From NCBI GenBank assembly GCA_964610635.1, contig CAZSWI010000003.1, positions 194-64,193 on the forward strand: a stretch of DNA of 64,000 nucleotides, given 5' to 3'. A program made the translations under genes and the position numbers. The notes beneath the pieces were generated by a model. The model did not search any database. It saw only the letters and a program-made list of their open reading frames with translations, and had not been told where the DNA came from. The DNA is from an uncultured Acidobacterium sp. (GTDB lineage: Bacteria > Acidobacteriota > Terriglobia > Terriglobales > Acidobacteriaceae). The number at the start of each line of letters is the position of its first letter. Positions within the stretch are counted from its first letter, which is position 1. Positions 27,263-36,668 of this stretch are shown piece by piece.

Positions 27263-28297
27263 ATGAAACCACTCGTCTCCATTCTGATTCCCGCTTATAA
27301 CGCCGAGCAGTGGGTTGCCGGCGCGATTCGCTCCGCCCAGGGACAAACCTGGCCCAACAAGGAAATTATCGTGGTGGACGATGAGTCTCGCGACGGGACT
27401 TTTGAGGCCGCGCGCCGGTTGGCGTCGGCGGAAGTGAAGGTGGTCACGGTGCCGAACGCGGGCGCGGCGGCGGCTCGCAACCATGCGCTCGGGCTCAGCC
27501 AGGGGGATTATATCCAGTTTCTGGATGCCGACGATCTGCTGGCTCCGGACAAAATCGAGAAGCAGCTTGGCGCGCTGCGGGAGGGCGAGAGCCGGCGGAT
27601 TCTTCTGTCCTCGGCCTGGTCTCCGTTTTACTTCAGGACGCGCAAGGCCCGGTGGGTGGAGAGCCTTTTGTGCCAGGATCTTTCGCCTGTCGATTGGCTT
27701 CTGGCGAAGCTGGGTCATAATCTGCACATGCAGACGGCGACCTGGCTTACCAGCCGTGAGCTGGCCGAGGCGGCCGGACCGTGGGATACGCGGCTGCTGA
27801 GCGATGACGACGGGGAATATTTCGCCCGGGTGCTGCTCCAGTCCGAGGGCACTCGATTCGTGCCCAACACCGGCGTGCTCTACCGGGTGACAACCTCCAG
27901 CCGGCTGAGTTATGTCGGCGACGACCGGAAGAAAGACGCGCTGCTGCTGTCGATGAGGCTGCACATCAAGTACATTCGATCGCTCGAGGACAGCGCGCGC
28001 GTACGCAGAGCTTGTCTTGCGTACCTGCAGACCTGGTATCTCAATTTTTATCCGGAGCGTCCGGACATCGTGGCCGAACTGCAAAACATGGCCGGGCTGA
28101 TGAACCAGCAGCTGGAAGAGCCGCGGCTGCGCTGGAAATACGCCTGGATGAAGCCGATCCTCGGATGGAAAACCGCGAAATGGGCCCAGGCCGTGCTGCC
28201 GCAACTGAAGGCGTCCTTCATCCGGCAATGCGATAAAACGCTCTACCAGCTGGAAACGGCTCGCGCGGGCCGAACTCCCGAGATCGGGTTGTCCTGA
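27263..28297 (+). CDS. Glycosyltransferase family 2
   Basis: The GT-A N-terminus reads VSILIPAYNAEQWVAGAIRSAQGQTWPNKEIIVVDDESRDGT, and the DxD motif reads FLDADD. Confidence 0.85.
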   Translation: MKPLVSILIPAYNAEQWVAGAIRSAQGQTWPNKEIIVVDDESRDGTFEAARRLASAEVKVVTVPNAGAAAARNHALGLSQGDYIQFLDADDLLAPDKIEKQLGALREGESRRILLSSAWSPFYFRTRKARWVESLLCQDLSPVDWLLAKLGHNLHMQTATWLTSRELAEAAGPWDTRLLSDDDGEYFARVLLQSEGTRFVPNTGVLYRVTTSSRLSYVGDDRKKDALLLSMRLHIKYIRSLEDSARVRRACLAYLQTWYLNFYPERPDIVAELQNMAGLMNQQLEEPRLRWKYAWMKPILGWKTAKWAQAVLPQLKASFIRQCDKTLYQLETARAGRTPEIGLS

Positions 28298-28386
28298 GCC
28301 GCGGCAACAGACGCAGAGGCATACGAGAATTGCATAGGAGAATCGCAAGCGATCATCGCACTCGAGGATCGCACTTGCACGGGAAC

Positions 28387-29700
28387 ATGGATCAGGAAGC
28401 CAGCAAAGCGGAGGGGCCGGTGGGGGTAACGGACGGCACGCGGTCCGGAGCGCCGGAAGAGATCGCGGTAGCCCTGCTGACCGGCGGCGGCGACCGGCCG
28501 TATGTCTTCGGAATGATCACGTCTCTGGCGCCGCGCGGGGCGGTGCTGGATCTGATAGGCAGCGATGAACTGGATCTCCCGGAACTTCGCGACCAGCCTG
28601 GCGTGCGCTTTCTCAATTTGCGGGGCAGTACGCGGGCCGACGCGCCCGGATTGCGGAAGGTCATCCGCATCCTGAAGTACTATGCGCGGTTAATGCTTTA
28701 TGCGGCGACCGCGAAGCCGAAGATATTTCATATTCTCTGGAATAACAAGTTCGAGAGCTTCGATCGTACTCTGCTGATGCTGTACTACAAACTGATGGGG
28801 AAGAAGATTGTTTTTACCGCGCATAACGTGAACGCGGGAAGGCGCGATGCAACGGATACAAGGCTGAATCGGCTGACTCTGCGAACGCAGTATCGCCTTT
28901 CCGATCAGATCTTCGTGCACACCGAAGGCATGAAGGACGAGATTGTGAGGGAATTCGGAGTGCCGGCGAGCCGGGTCGCAGTCATCCCGTTCGGCATCAA
29001 CAATTCCGTTCCCACGACCATCCTGACGGCCGGCGACGCAAAGCAGAAACTGGGAATTCGCAGCGGGGACAAGGCGCTTCTCTTTTTCGGCAGGATCACT
29101 CCGTACAAGGGGCTCGAGCTTTTGATCGCCGCGTTCCGTCAGGTGGCTGCGCGGTCGAGCGATTATCGTCTGATCATCGCCGGACGGCCGGACCGCTGCG
29201 AGGAGTACTGGAGCGGGATTCGGGAAGAGATCCGCGGGGATGTCGAGCGTGGGCAGATCGTCCTCCATGCCGGTTTTATTCCCGATGCCGAGACCGAAGT
29301 CTATTTCAAGGCTGCCGACGCGCTGATCCTGCCGTACCGGCATATTTATCAGAGCGGAGTGCTGTTCCTCGGACACAGTTTCGGTTTGCCGGTGCTGGCC
29401 GCCGATGTGGGGTCGCTCAAAGACGACATCGTCGAGGGCAGGACGGGCTATCTGTTCAGGCCGGACGATGCGGACGATCTGGCGAAGACGATCGAGCGGT
29501 ATTTCGAGGGCGATTTATATGCGAATCTCGGTCGCCGGCGGCAGGACATTCATGATTATTCGGCGGCGCGCCACTCGTGGGATGTGGTCAGCGAGACTAC
29601 GATGAACGCATACGCCCGTTTGCTGCGGATGCCGCGTCCCGATCATGCGCGGCGGCGCGATGTGTCGAGCAGCTCGCTTGACGTGAAGGCGCCTTCCTGA
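28387..29700 (+). CDS. Glycosyltransferase family 4 (GT-B)
   Basis: The start is placed at ATG 28387; the ORF is open from 28330. The sequence contains FFGRITPYKGLELLIAAF and GVLFLGHSFGLPVLAADVGSLKDDIVEGRTGYLFRPDD. Confidence 0.85.
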   Translation: MDQEASKAEGPVGVTDGTRSGAPEEIAVALLTGGGDRPYVFGMITSLAPRGAVLDLIGSDELDLPELRDQPGVRFLNLRGSTRADAPGLRKVIRILKYYARLMLYAATAKPKIFHILWNNKFESFDRTLLMLYYKLMGKKIVFTAHNVNAGRRDATDTRLNRLTLRTQYRLSDQIFVHTEGMKDEIVREFGVPASRVAVIPFGINNSVPTTILTAGDAKQKLGIRSGDKALLFFGRITPYKGLELLIAAFRQVAARSSDYRLIIAGRPDRCEEYWSGIREEIRGDVERGQIVLHAGFIPDAETEVYFKAADALILPYRHIYQSGVLFLGHSFGLPVLAADVGSLKDDIVEGRTGYLFRPDDADDLAKTIERYFEGDLYANLGRRRQDIHDYSAARHSWDVVSETTMNAYARLLRMPRPDHARRRDVSSSSLDVKAPS

Positions 29701-29737
29701 GGACCGAACACGATGAGATGCGCTCTGAAAGGACAGG

Positions 29738-30691
29738 ATGGCACGGAATAGAACGGCGCTGGTCACCGGCGCCGAAGGCTTTATCGGCTCCCACCTGGTG
29801 CGGTTTCTCGAGGTGGAGGGGTGGGATGTGGTGGGCACGTACCGCCTGCAGAACGCCCAGCTTTCCGGGGAGAGTCGGCGCGTGCGATTTGTCCAGTGCG
29901 ATCTCGCGAATGGGCAGCGGGTGGAGCAGTTGTTTGGCGAGTATGAGCCATCGCATGTGTTTCATCTGGGGGCGCAGAGTCTGCCGACGGTCTCGTGGGC
30001 CGATCCGGTGGGAACATTCGAGTCGAATGTAATGGGCTCGCTGTACGTTTTCGAAGCGGCGCGGTACAGAAGGCGCCCGCCGGTTGTGGTGTCGGCGTGC
30101 TCGAGCGCGGAATATGGCAATGTTCCGCCTGCTGCCATACCGGTGACGGAGGATCAGCCGCTTCGGCCGCTGCATCCTTACGGGATCAGCAAAGTATGCC
30201 AGGATCTGCTTTCGCGGGAATACTTTCTGGATCACAAGGTGCCGGCCGTGAGCATTCGCCTGTTCAACACAACGGGCCCGGGCAAGACCAGCGACGCTCC
30301 GTCGGATTTCGTGCGGCAGCTGGTGCGGATCAAGAAGGGGCTGCAGAAGCCGGTGATGGAAGTCGGCAATCTGAAGCCGAGGCGGGCGTTTCTCGACGTG
30401 AGCGACACGGTGCGTGGATTTTACCTGGCCGCTCTGAAGGGGAAACCCGGCGAAGCGTATAACCTGTGCGCGGCGAAGACCTGGGAAATCGGAGAGATGC
30501 TGGAGATGGCGATGCGTCTCTCGGGAGTCAAGCCGGAAATACGAACGGCGCAACGGCTGCTGCGGCCCTCCGACGAGAAGGTCATTTTCGGAGCTACGAA
30601 GAAGATTCGCCGGGATACAGGCTGGAAGCCGCTCAAAACGCTCGAGCAGACAATTGCGTCGATGGTGGAGCACTGGGAACGCGTGCTGTAG
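29738..30691 (+). CDS. Extended-SDR NAD-dependent sugar-nucleotide epimerase/dehydratase/reductase
   Basis: ALVTGAEGFIGSHLV is the GxxGxxG motif and the catalytic YGISK is the YxxxK motif. AAGGA lies 6 nt upstream of the ATG. Confidence 0.85.
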   Translation: MARNRTALVTGAEGFIGSHLVRFLEVEGWDVVGTYRLQNAQLSGESRRVRFVQCDLANGQRVEQLFGEYEPSHVFHLGAQSLPTVSWADPVGTFESNVMGSLYVFEAARYRRRPPVVVSACSSAEYGNVPPAAIPVTEDQPLRPLHPYGISKVCQDLLSREYFLDHKVPAVSIRLFNTTGPGKTSDAPSDFVRQLVRIKKGLQKPVMEVGNLKPRRAFLDVSDTVRGFYLAALKGKPGEAYNLCAAKTWEIGEMLEMAMRLSGVKPEIRTAQRLLRPSDEKVIFGATKKIRRDTGWKPLKTLEQTIASMVEHWERVL

Positions 30692-30740
30692 CGCAGTTGG
30701 CGAGTTAAGCGGGCAGCCTGCCCACGACGGAACCAGCCGG

Positions 30741-30770
30741 ATTCAACCGGATTCAACCGGATTCAACCGG
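30741..30770. repeat. Perfect intergenic tandem repeat, 10-bp unit x 3 (ATTCAACCGG), abutting the palindrome AACCGG-G-CCGGTT (30765-30777)
   Basis: Read directly. A degenerate fourth unit, AACCAGCCGG, lies at 30731-30740. The array ends 24 nt before the GHMP kinase ATG. Confidence 0.9.
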
Positions 30771-30793
30771 GCCGGTTCAGGAAGGTCAAATTT

Positions 30794-31903
30794 ATGATTA
30801 TTACAAGCACTCCTCTTCGCATATCTTTCTTCGGTGGCGGCACGGACTATCCTGTGTGGTACCGGGAGTACGGTGGCGCGGTCCTTTCGACTGCGATCGA
30901 CAAGCGTTGTTACATCACGTGCCGGCGGCTGCCACCCTTTTTTGAATTCCACAGCCGCGTCTCTTACTCGAAGGTTGAGAACGTCGCCACCAACAGTGCG
31001 ATCGAGCACCCTTCCGTCCGTGGTTGTCTCCAATTTCTGGGGATGGACGAAGGGGTCGAAGTCCATCACGTGGCGGACTTGCCCGCCCGCACCGGCCTCG
31101 GCACGAGTTCGGCATTCACGGTAGGGTTGCTGCTTGCTCTGAACGCACTCAAAAACCAGATGCGCGACAAGCACACCCTTGCCCGGGAGGCCATCTATGT
31201 GGAGCAGGAGGTGCTGGGCGAAGCGGTGGGCGCGCAGGATCAGGTAAGCGCCGCATATGGAGGCCTGAACCGGATCAATTTCTGCCAGAATGGCTCGATT
31301 GACGTGAAGCCGATGCTGATCTCGCAGGCCAGAATGGCGGAGCTCGAGCAGAACCTGGCACTCTTCTTTACCGGCTTCTCCCGAACCGCGTCGGAGATTG
31401 CGCAGGAACAGCTGCGTGTAACTCCGAGTAAGAAACAGGAGCTGAATGCGATGCTTCAGCTGGTCGATGAAGGGGAGGCGATTGTCGCCGATCCGAACCG
31501 GCCCATCGATGAGTTCGGACGGCTCCTGCACGAGGGATGGAAACTGAAGCGGTCGCTGACCAATAAGATTTCGAATGCCAGCATCGACGAGATTTATGAG
31601 GCGGGCATGAGCGCGGGCGCGGTGGGAGGCAAGCTTCTGGGCGCCGGCGGAGGCGGGTTCATGTTGTTCTGCGTTCCGCCCGAGCGGCGCGAGGCGCTGA
31701 AGGCGAAGCTGAACAAGCTGCTGTGCGTTCCTTTTGGCTTCTCCAACCGGGGCAGCCACGTGATCGTCTATGAGCCGGAAGAGGTTTACGACAAGGAACT
31801 TTCGACCCACCGCGGCGCGATCTATGGGTCGGAGACGGTTGCTGCCGGGGCAAGCTCCGCGCCGAGCAACGGCCTGATGGGTTACCCCGTCGAGGTGAAG
31901 TAA
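30794..31903 (+). CDS. GHMP-family sugar kinase (HddA-like, D-glycero-D-manno-heptose-7-phosphate kinase type)
   Basis: The sequence contains MIITSTPLRISFFGGGTDYPVWY, the GHMP motif LPARTGLGTSSAF and GKLLGAGGGGFMLF. Confidence 0.8.
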   Translation: MIITSTPLRISFFGGGTDYPVWYREYGGAVLSTAIDKRCYITCRRLPPFFEFHSRVSYSKVENVATNSAIEHPSVRGCLQFLGMDEGVEVHHVADLPARTGLGTSSAFTVGLLLALNALKNQMRDKHTLAREAIYVEQEVLGEAVGAQDQVSAAYGGLNRINFCQNGSIDVKPMLISQARMAELEQNLALFFTGFSRTASEIAQEQLRVTPSKKQELNAMLQLVDEGEAIVADPNRPIDEFGRLLHEGWKLKRSLTNKISNASIDEIYEAGMSAGAVGGKLLGAGGGGFMLFCVPPERREALKAKLNKLLCVPFGFSNRGSHVIVYEPEEVYDKELSTHRGAIYGSETVAAGASSAPSNGLMGYPVEVK

Positions 31904-32823
31904 TGAAGGGCAACCTCCCGGCCTACGTCCTCATAACTCCCTCCCGTAACGAGGAGATGTTTATCGAGAAGACGATCCAGTCCATGATTCGGCAGACGGT
32001 TCTTCCCCTGCGGTGGGTCATTGTGAATGACGGCTCGACGGACGGGACAGCGGATCGTGTTCGGCCCTGGCTTGCCGCTAATCCGTGGATGGTGCTGGTC
32101 GATTTGCCGGTCCGCGCGGAGCGGCATTTCGCGGCTAAGGTCAATGCATTTAATGCTGGGCGGGAGCGCGTCAAAGATCTGGACTACGAAGTTATCGGCA
32201 ACCTCGACGCCGATATCTCGTTTGACAGCGATCATATGGAATTCCTGCTCGGCGAATTCAGCAAGGACGCGCGCCTGGGGGTAGCGGGGACCGTCTTCAG
32301 GGAAGACGGATACAGCTCGGAGACCGACAGCTTTGAGGGAGGGAGCCATGTGGCGGGGCAGTGCCAGCTCTTCCGCCGGCGGTGCTTCGAGGAGATTGGC
32401 GGCTACCGGGCCAACAAGGCGGGCGGCATAGACTGGATGGCCTCGACAACGGCGCGCATGATGGGATGGAAGACGAGGTCGTTTCGCGAAAAGTCGTTCT
32501 TTCACCACCGGAAGATGGGGACGGCGGAGCGCGGACAGCTGGCTTCGAGTTTCTCTTATGGGGAAAAGGATTACTATCTCGGCGGTCATCCTCTGTGGGA
32601 GCTTTTCCGGGTTGGCTGGAGGATGACCAAGAAGCCCTATCTGGTGGATGGCATTGCCCTGGGTCTGGGATATCTGTGGGCACTTCTGCGCCGGGCAAAG
32701 CGCCCGGTTTCGGATGAACTGATGCGGTTCCACCGCCGGGAGCAGATGCAGAAGCTGAAATCAATCCTTGGCTCCATGCTGACCATGAAACGCTTCAATC
32801 GCTTCGAGACGAAGCCGAGCTGA
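31903..32823 (+). CDS. Glycosyltransferase family 2
   Basis: The start overlaps the upstream stop (TAATG). The sequence contains VLITPSRNEEMFIEKTIQSMIRQTVLPLRWVIVNDGSTDGT and NLDADISF. Confidence 0.8.
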   Translation: MKGNLPAYVLITPSRNEEMFIEKTIQSMIRQTVLPLRWVIVNDGSTDGTADRVRPWLAANPWMVLVDLPVRAERHFAAKVNAFNAGRERVKDLDYEVIGNLDADISFDSDHMEFLLGEFSKDARLGVAGTVFREDGYSSETDSFEGGSHVAGQCQLFRRRCFEEIGGYRANKAGGIDWMASTTARMMGWKTRSFREKSFFHHRKMGTAERGQLASSFSYGEKDYYLGGHPLWELFRVGWRMTKKPYLVDGIALGLGYLWALLRRAKRPVSDELMRFHRREQMQKLKSILGSMLTMKRFNRFETKPS

Positions 32824-32828
32824 TACCG

Positions 32829-34142
32829 ATGGGACCGACGATGACGGATGCAACGCTGACGGCGGAAGTAGAAACACGCGGAGCGAGCACGGCTCAAGCC
32901 GACCGGGCTCAGATCGACCGGGCTCAGATCGACAAGACAAAAGCCGCCGTTCTGCGATTTGTTGCGTGGCTCGATGGGTACGGCGAAGAGTCGTACGATC
33001 ATCAGAGTTTCTATGCGAGCGATACAGGCCGGAAGGCGAAGGCGTTGTATTACCGGCGTCCGTTGCTGGGAAAGCTGGCGGTGGCTCCGATGATCCTGGC
33101 CGAGGCGTTCGTGCCGCGAGCCCGGCAGCTGTTCTGGAAGCCGCAGAGACTGCCCATTGCCGACGCGCATTACGCGATGGGGTTCGCGTTCCTGTCAACG
33201 CTGACCCATGAAGACCGGTACTATCGGCGCGCTGTCCATTTTCTCGAAGTCCTCGAGCAGACGCGATGCCCGGGATATGAGCACTATTGCTGGGGCTATC
33301 CGTTTAACTGGGAGACCAGGCGCGGCACGATGCCGGAGGGAACACCGCTGGTCACAACCGTTCCCTACGTTTACGAGGCATTTCTTCAGGTTTATCGGAT
33401 CGACCGCGACCAGCGTTGGCGGGAGGTCATGCGCTCGATCGCCGAGCACGTCTGCAGCGATTACCATGACTACCCCATTTCCGAGACGGCCTCGAGTTGT
33501 TCGTATAACCCCGATCCGGAAGAGCGGGGAGGGGTGATTAACGCGAGCGCCTACCGGGCGTTTACGCTGACCCGGGCCGCCGAGGATTTCTCCGAAGATC
33601 GTTATAGAACAGTCGCCGCGAAGAATCTGAATTTTGTGCTTGAGTCGCAGAACGAAGACGGCTCCTGGTACTACTCGATCGATGGCGAGAGAGATTTTAT
33701 CGATCACTTTCACACCTGCTTTGTGCTGAAGGCTCTGGCGAAGATCGAGGCGCTCACGGGAGATGCGCGGATTACGAAGGCGATCGAGCGGGGCGTGGCT
33801 TACTATGTGAAGAATCTATTCGACGAAGAAGGCATGCCCAGGCCGTTTTCGCGGCGTCCGCGTCTTACGGTGTACCGCAACGAGCTGTATGACTACGCCG
33901 AGTGCATTAATCTGGCCGTCCTGTTGCGCGGCAGGTTTCCCGCTTTAGACAAAGTTCTGGCCAGGGTGATCGATCTGGGCGAGTGGCAGAAGCCGGATGG
34001 TTCGTTCCGGGCGCGGAGGCTTCTATTCGGCTGGGATAACACGCCGATGCATCGCTGGGCGCAGTCGCAGATGTTCAGAAGCCTGTGCTTTTACCTCGAT
34101 GCGAACGCGGGGCGCGGTGCGGAAAAGAGCGCCGGAAAGTAA
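32829..34142 (+). CDS. Conserved hypothetical protein, probably an alpha/alpha-toroid fold (function unknown)
   Basis: 437-aa ORF. The repeated helical pattern includes a QNEDGSWYYS-type motif reminiscent of alpha/alpha-barrel (terpenoid-cyclase/glycosidase/epimerase-like) proteins. The N-terminal 35 codons include a 15-bp tandem duplication, so the real start may be further downstream. Confidence 0.5.
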   Translation: MGPTMTDATLTAEVETRGASTAQADRAQIDRAQIDKTKAAVLRFVAWLDGYGEESYDHQSFYASDTGRKAKALYYRRPLLGKLAVAPMILAEAFVPRARQLFWKPQRLPIADAHYAMGFAFLSTLTHEDRYYRRAVHFLEVLEQTRCPGYEHYCWGYPFNWETRRGTMPEGTPLVTTVPYVYEAFLQVYRIDRDQRWREVMRSIAEHVCSDYHDYPISETASSCSYNPDPEERGGVINASAYRAFTLTRAAEDFSEDRYRTVAAKNLNFVLESQNEDGSWYYSIDGERDFIDHFHTCFVLKALAKIEALTGDARITKAIERGVAYYVKNLFDEEGMPRPFSRRPRLTVYRNELYDYAECINLAVLLRGRFPALDKVLARVIDLGEWQKPDGSFRARRLLFGWDNTPMHRWAQSQMFRSLCFYLDANAGRGAEKSAGK

Positions 34143-34172
34143 CGAAGAGCCGGGGAGTAACGAAGAGACTCT

Positions 34173-36074
34173 ATGTGCGGAATCTGCGGGCAATATAACT
34201 ACGGCGACGGCGCACCTGTCTTCCGCGCGGATATCGAGCGGATGGCGGACAGCATTGCGCACCGCGGTCCTGACGACGAGGGTTACTACCTTGCGGGATC
34301 GGTGGGCCTGGGATTCCGGCGCCTTTCGATCATCGACCTTGCGGGCGGCCATCAGCCGATGTCCGATGAAGAGGAGTCGGTGTGGGTGGTTTTCAACGGC
34401 GAGATCTACAATTTTCCCGAAGTTAAAAAGGAACTGGAAGGCTACGGGCACCGGTTCCGCACCCGGTCCGATACCGAAGTTATCGTCCACGGCTATAAGC
34501 AGTGGGGCGACGATGTCTTCAACCATCTGAACGGAATGTTCGGCCTCGCGATCTGGGATGCAAGGAAGAGGCGGCTGGTCGTCGCGCGGGATCCGTTCGG
34601 GATCAAGCTGATCTATTACAGCCTGAAGGACGGGCGGCTCTGTTTCGGCTCGGAGATTCGTGCGGTGCGCGCCGGCGCCGATGAAGCGGCCGAGGTCGAT
34701 CCGAACTCGCTGAACCTGTTTTTGCGGTACCGGTTTACTCCGTCGCCGCGGACGATCTTCGAGGGGATTCAGAAGCTGGCTGCGGGCACCATGCTGGTGG
34801 TCGAGGACGGGACGGCTTCGGTACGGCAGTGGTACCGGTATCGGCCGACGCCATTTTCGCCGCCCAGGTCGGTGGCCCAGGCGCGCGAGGAACTGGCCGA
34901 GCTTTACCGGCAGGCGATGAAGCGGCATCTGCTGAGCGATGTGCCGGTGGGGCTTTTGCTGAGCGGCGGCGTGGACTCCGGGCTGCTGCTGGCGCTGATG
35001 AATCTTTATGGAGATTCATGGCAGACCTACACCGTCGGCTACGGCACGAGTTTCAGCGACGATGAGTTAGCCGACGCCGCCGATACGGCAAAGCGATTCG
35101 GCGCGCGGCACACCGGCGTGATGCTGGACAGGAAGAGCTTCGAAGATGCGTTGCCAACGATCGTAGCGCAGCTGGAGGAGCCGATCGCGTCCTCGTCGAT
35201 TGTGCCCATGTATTTTGTCTGCAAGCGGGCGCGCGAAGATGTGAAAGTAGCGCTGATCGGGCAGGGTCCCGACGAGCTGTTCGGGGGCTATCGCCGCCAC
35301 CTTGGGATTCAGTATGGATCGTACTGGCGCGCGATCCCGGCGTGGATGCGCTGGCCGCTCGAGCGGGCGATCGCGGCGCTGCCCAGGAATGAGGCTCTGA
35401 AGCGAGGGGTTCACTCGCTGAGCGCGGGGGACAGGACCCGGAAATACGAGCAGGTATTGTCGCTGCTGCCCGGGGATGAGATTGACGCGCTGTTTCAGGA
35501 TGGCATGCTGGACCGGGACGCGGGGGATGAGCTTCTGGAGTGCTGGAAGGATCTGTTGCCGTTGATGAGCGAAACGGACGAGCTGGGCGGTTTCCAGTTC
35601 CTTGAAATGCGGTCGACTCTTCCCGATGAGCTCTTGATGTACGGCGACAAGCTTTCGATGGCGCATGGCCTCGAGGGGAGGGTGCCGTATCTGGACAGGG
35701 AACTGGTCGAATATGTGGAGAGATTGCCGGCCAGGTTCAAGGTCCATCTGGGAACGCGGAAATGGCTGCATCGCCAGGTGGCTGGGGAGTTTCTGCCCCG
35801 GGAGATCCTGACCAGAAAGAAGCGCGGCTTCGCGGTCAATGTTGTGGACGAGTGGTTCCGCGGATCGATGACCGCGGGGATGACCGACATCGTAATGAAC
35901 AGCGATTCGCTGCTCTACCGCTATCTCAGGCCGCCGGCGGTGCAGCGCATCTTCCTCGAGCATCAGTCGGGGCAGAATGACTATCACAAGATATTATTCA
36001 GCCTGATGGTTTTCGAGGAGTGGCTTCGGGTTCAGCAGTCTTCCGATGTTGGTGTGGGGATGGCTCGCACATAA
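34173..36074 (+). CDS. asnB: Asparagine synthetase B family amidotransferase (glutamine-hydrolysing; canonical)
   Basis: MCGICGQ carries the Cys2 nucleophile, followed by RGPDDEG. The PP-loop reads LLLSGGVDSGLLLA. Confidence 0.9.
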   Translation: MCGICGQYNYGDGAPVFRADIERMADSIAHRGPDDEGYYLAGSVGLGFRRLSIIDLAGGHQPMSDEEESVWVVFNGEIYNFPEVKKELEGYGHRFRTRSDTEVIVHGYKQWGDDVFNHLNGMFGLAIWDARKRRLVVARDPFGIKLIYYSLKDGRLCFGSEIRAVRAGADEAAEVDPNSLNLFLRYRFTPSPRTIFEGIQKLAAGTMLVVEDGTASVRQWYRYRPTPFSPPRSVAQAREELAELYRQAMKRHLLSDVPVGLLLSGGVDSGLLLALMNLYGDSWQTYTVGYGTSFSDDELADAADTAKRFGARHTGVMLDRKSFEDALPTIVAQLEEPIASSSIVPMYFVCKRAREDVKVALIGQGPDELFGGYRRHLGIQYGSYWRAIPAWMRWPLERAIAALPRNEALKRGVHSLSAGDRTRKYEQVLSLLPGDEIDALFQDGMLDRDAGDELLECWKDLLPLMSETDELGGFQFLEMRSTLPDELLMYGDKLSMAHGLEGRVPYLDRELVEYVERLPARFKVHLGTRKWLHRQVAGEFLPREILTRKKRGFAVNVVDEWFRGSMTAGMTDIVMNSDSLLYRYLRPPAVQRIFLEHQSGQNDYHKILFSLMVFEEWLRVQQSSDVGVGMART

Positions 36075-36083
36075 TATGGAAGT

Positions 36084-36617
36084 ATGCTTTTCGAGGAATC
36101 GAAGATCGGCGGAGTATTCGAGGTTCAGCTGGAGCGCAAGGCGGACGAGCGGGGATTCTTCGCGCGCTCCTGGTGCAGAGAGGAATTCGAGCGGGCAGGT
36201 TTGAATTCCGGACTGGCGCAGTGCAGTATTTCCTATAACCCGCGCAAGGGCACGCTGCGGGGCATGCACTATCAGGCGCCACCGTACGCAGAGGCCAAGC
36301 TGATTCGGTGCACCGGCGGCGCGATCTACGATGTGGTGGTCGATCTGCGGGCGCAGTCGCCGACCTACAGGCAGTGGGCGGGGTTCACGCTGACGGCCGA
36401 AAACCGCGCTATGGTTTATATCCCGGAAGGGTGCGCGCACGGCTTTCTGACCCTCGAAGACGAGAGCGAAATTTTTTATCAGATTTCGGAGTTCTACAAC
36501 GCCGAATCGGCGCGGGGCGTGCGCTGGGACGATCCGGCCTTCGGGATTGCGTGGCCGGAGAAGCCGCGGATGATGTCCGAGCGCGACCGCACTTACCCGG
36601 ACTTCCAATATGCGTGA
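36084..36617 (+). CDS. rfbC: NDP-4-dehydro-6-deoxyhexose 3,5-epimerase (RmlC/RfbC cupin family)
   Basis: The sequence contains DERGFFARSW, GTLRGMHYQAPPYAEAKLIRCTGGAIYDVVVDLR and IPEGCAHGF. Confidence 0.85.
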   Translation: MLFEESKIGGVFEVQLERKADERGFFARSWCREEFERAGLNSGLAQCSISYNPRKGTLRGMHYQAPPYAEAKLIRCTGGAIYDVVVDLRAQSPTYRQWAGFTLTAENRAMVYIPEGCAHGFLTLEDESEIFYQISEFYNAESARGVRWDDPAFGIAWPEKPRMMSERDRTYPDFQYA

Positions 36618-36668
36618 CTTTCAATCTGCGGACTGCGAAATTACGGAATTCGAAACTGCGGGCGCGGA

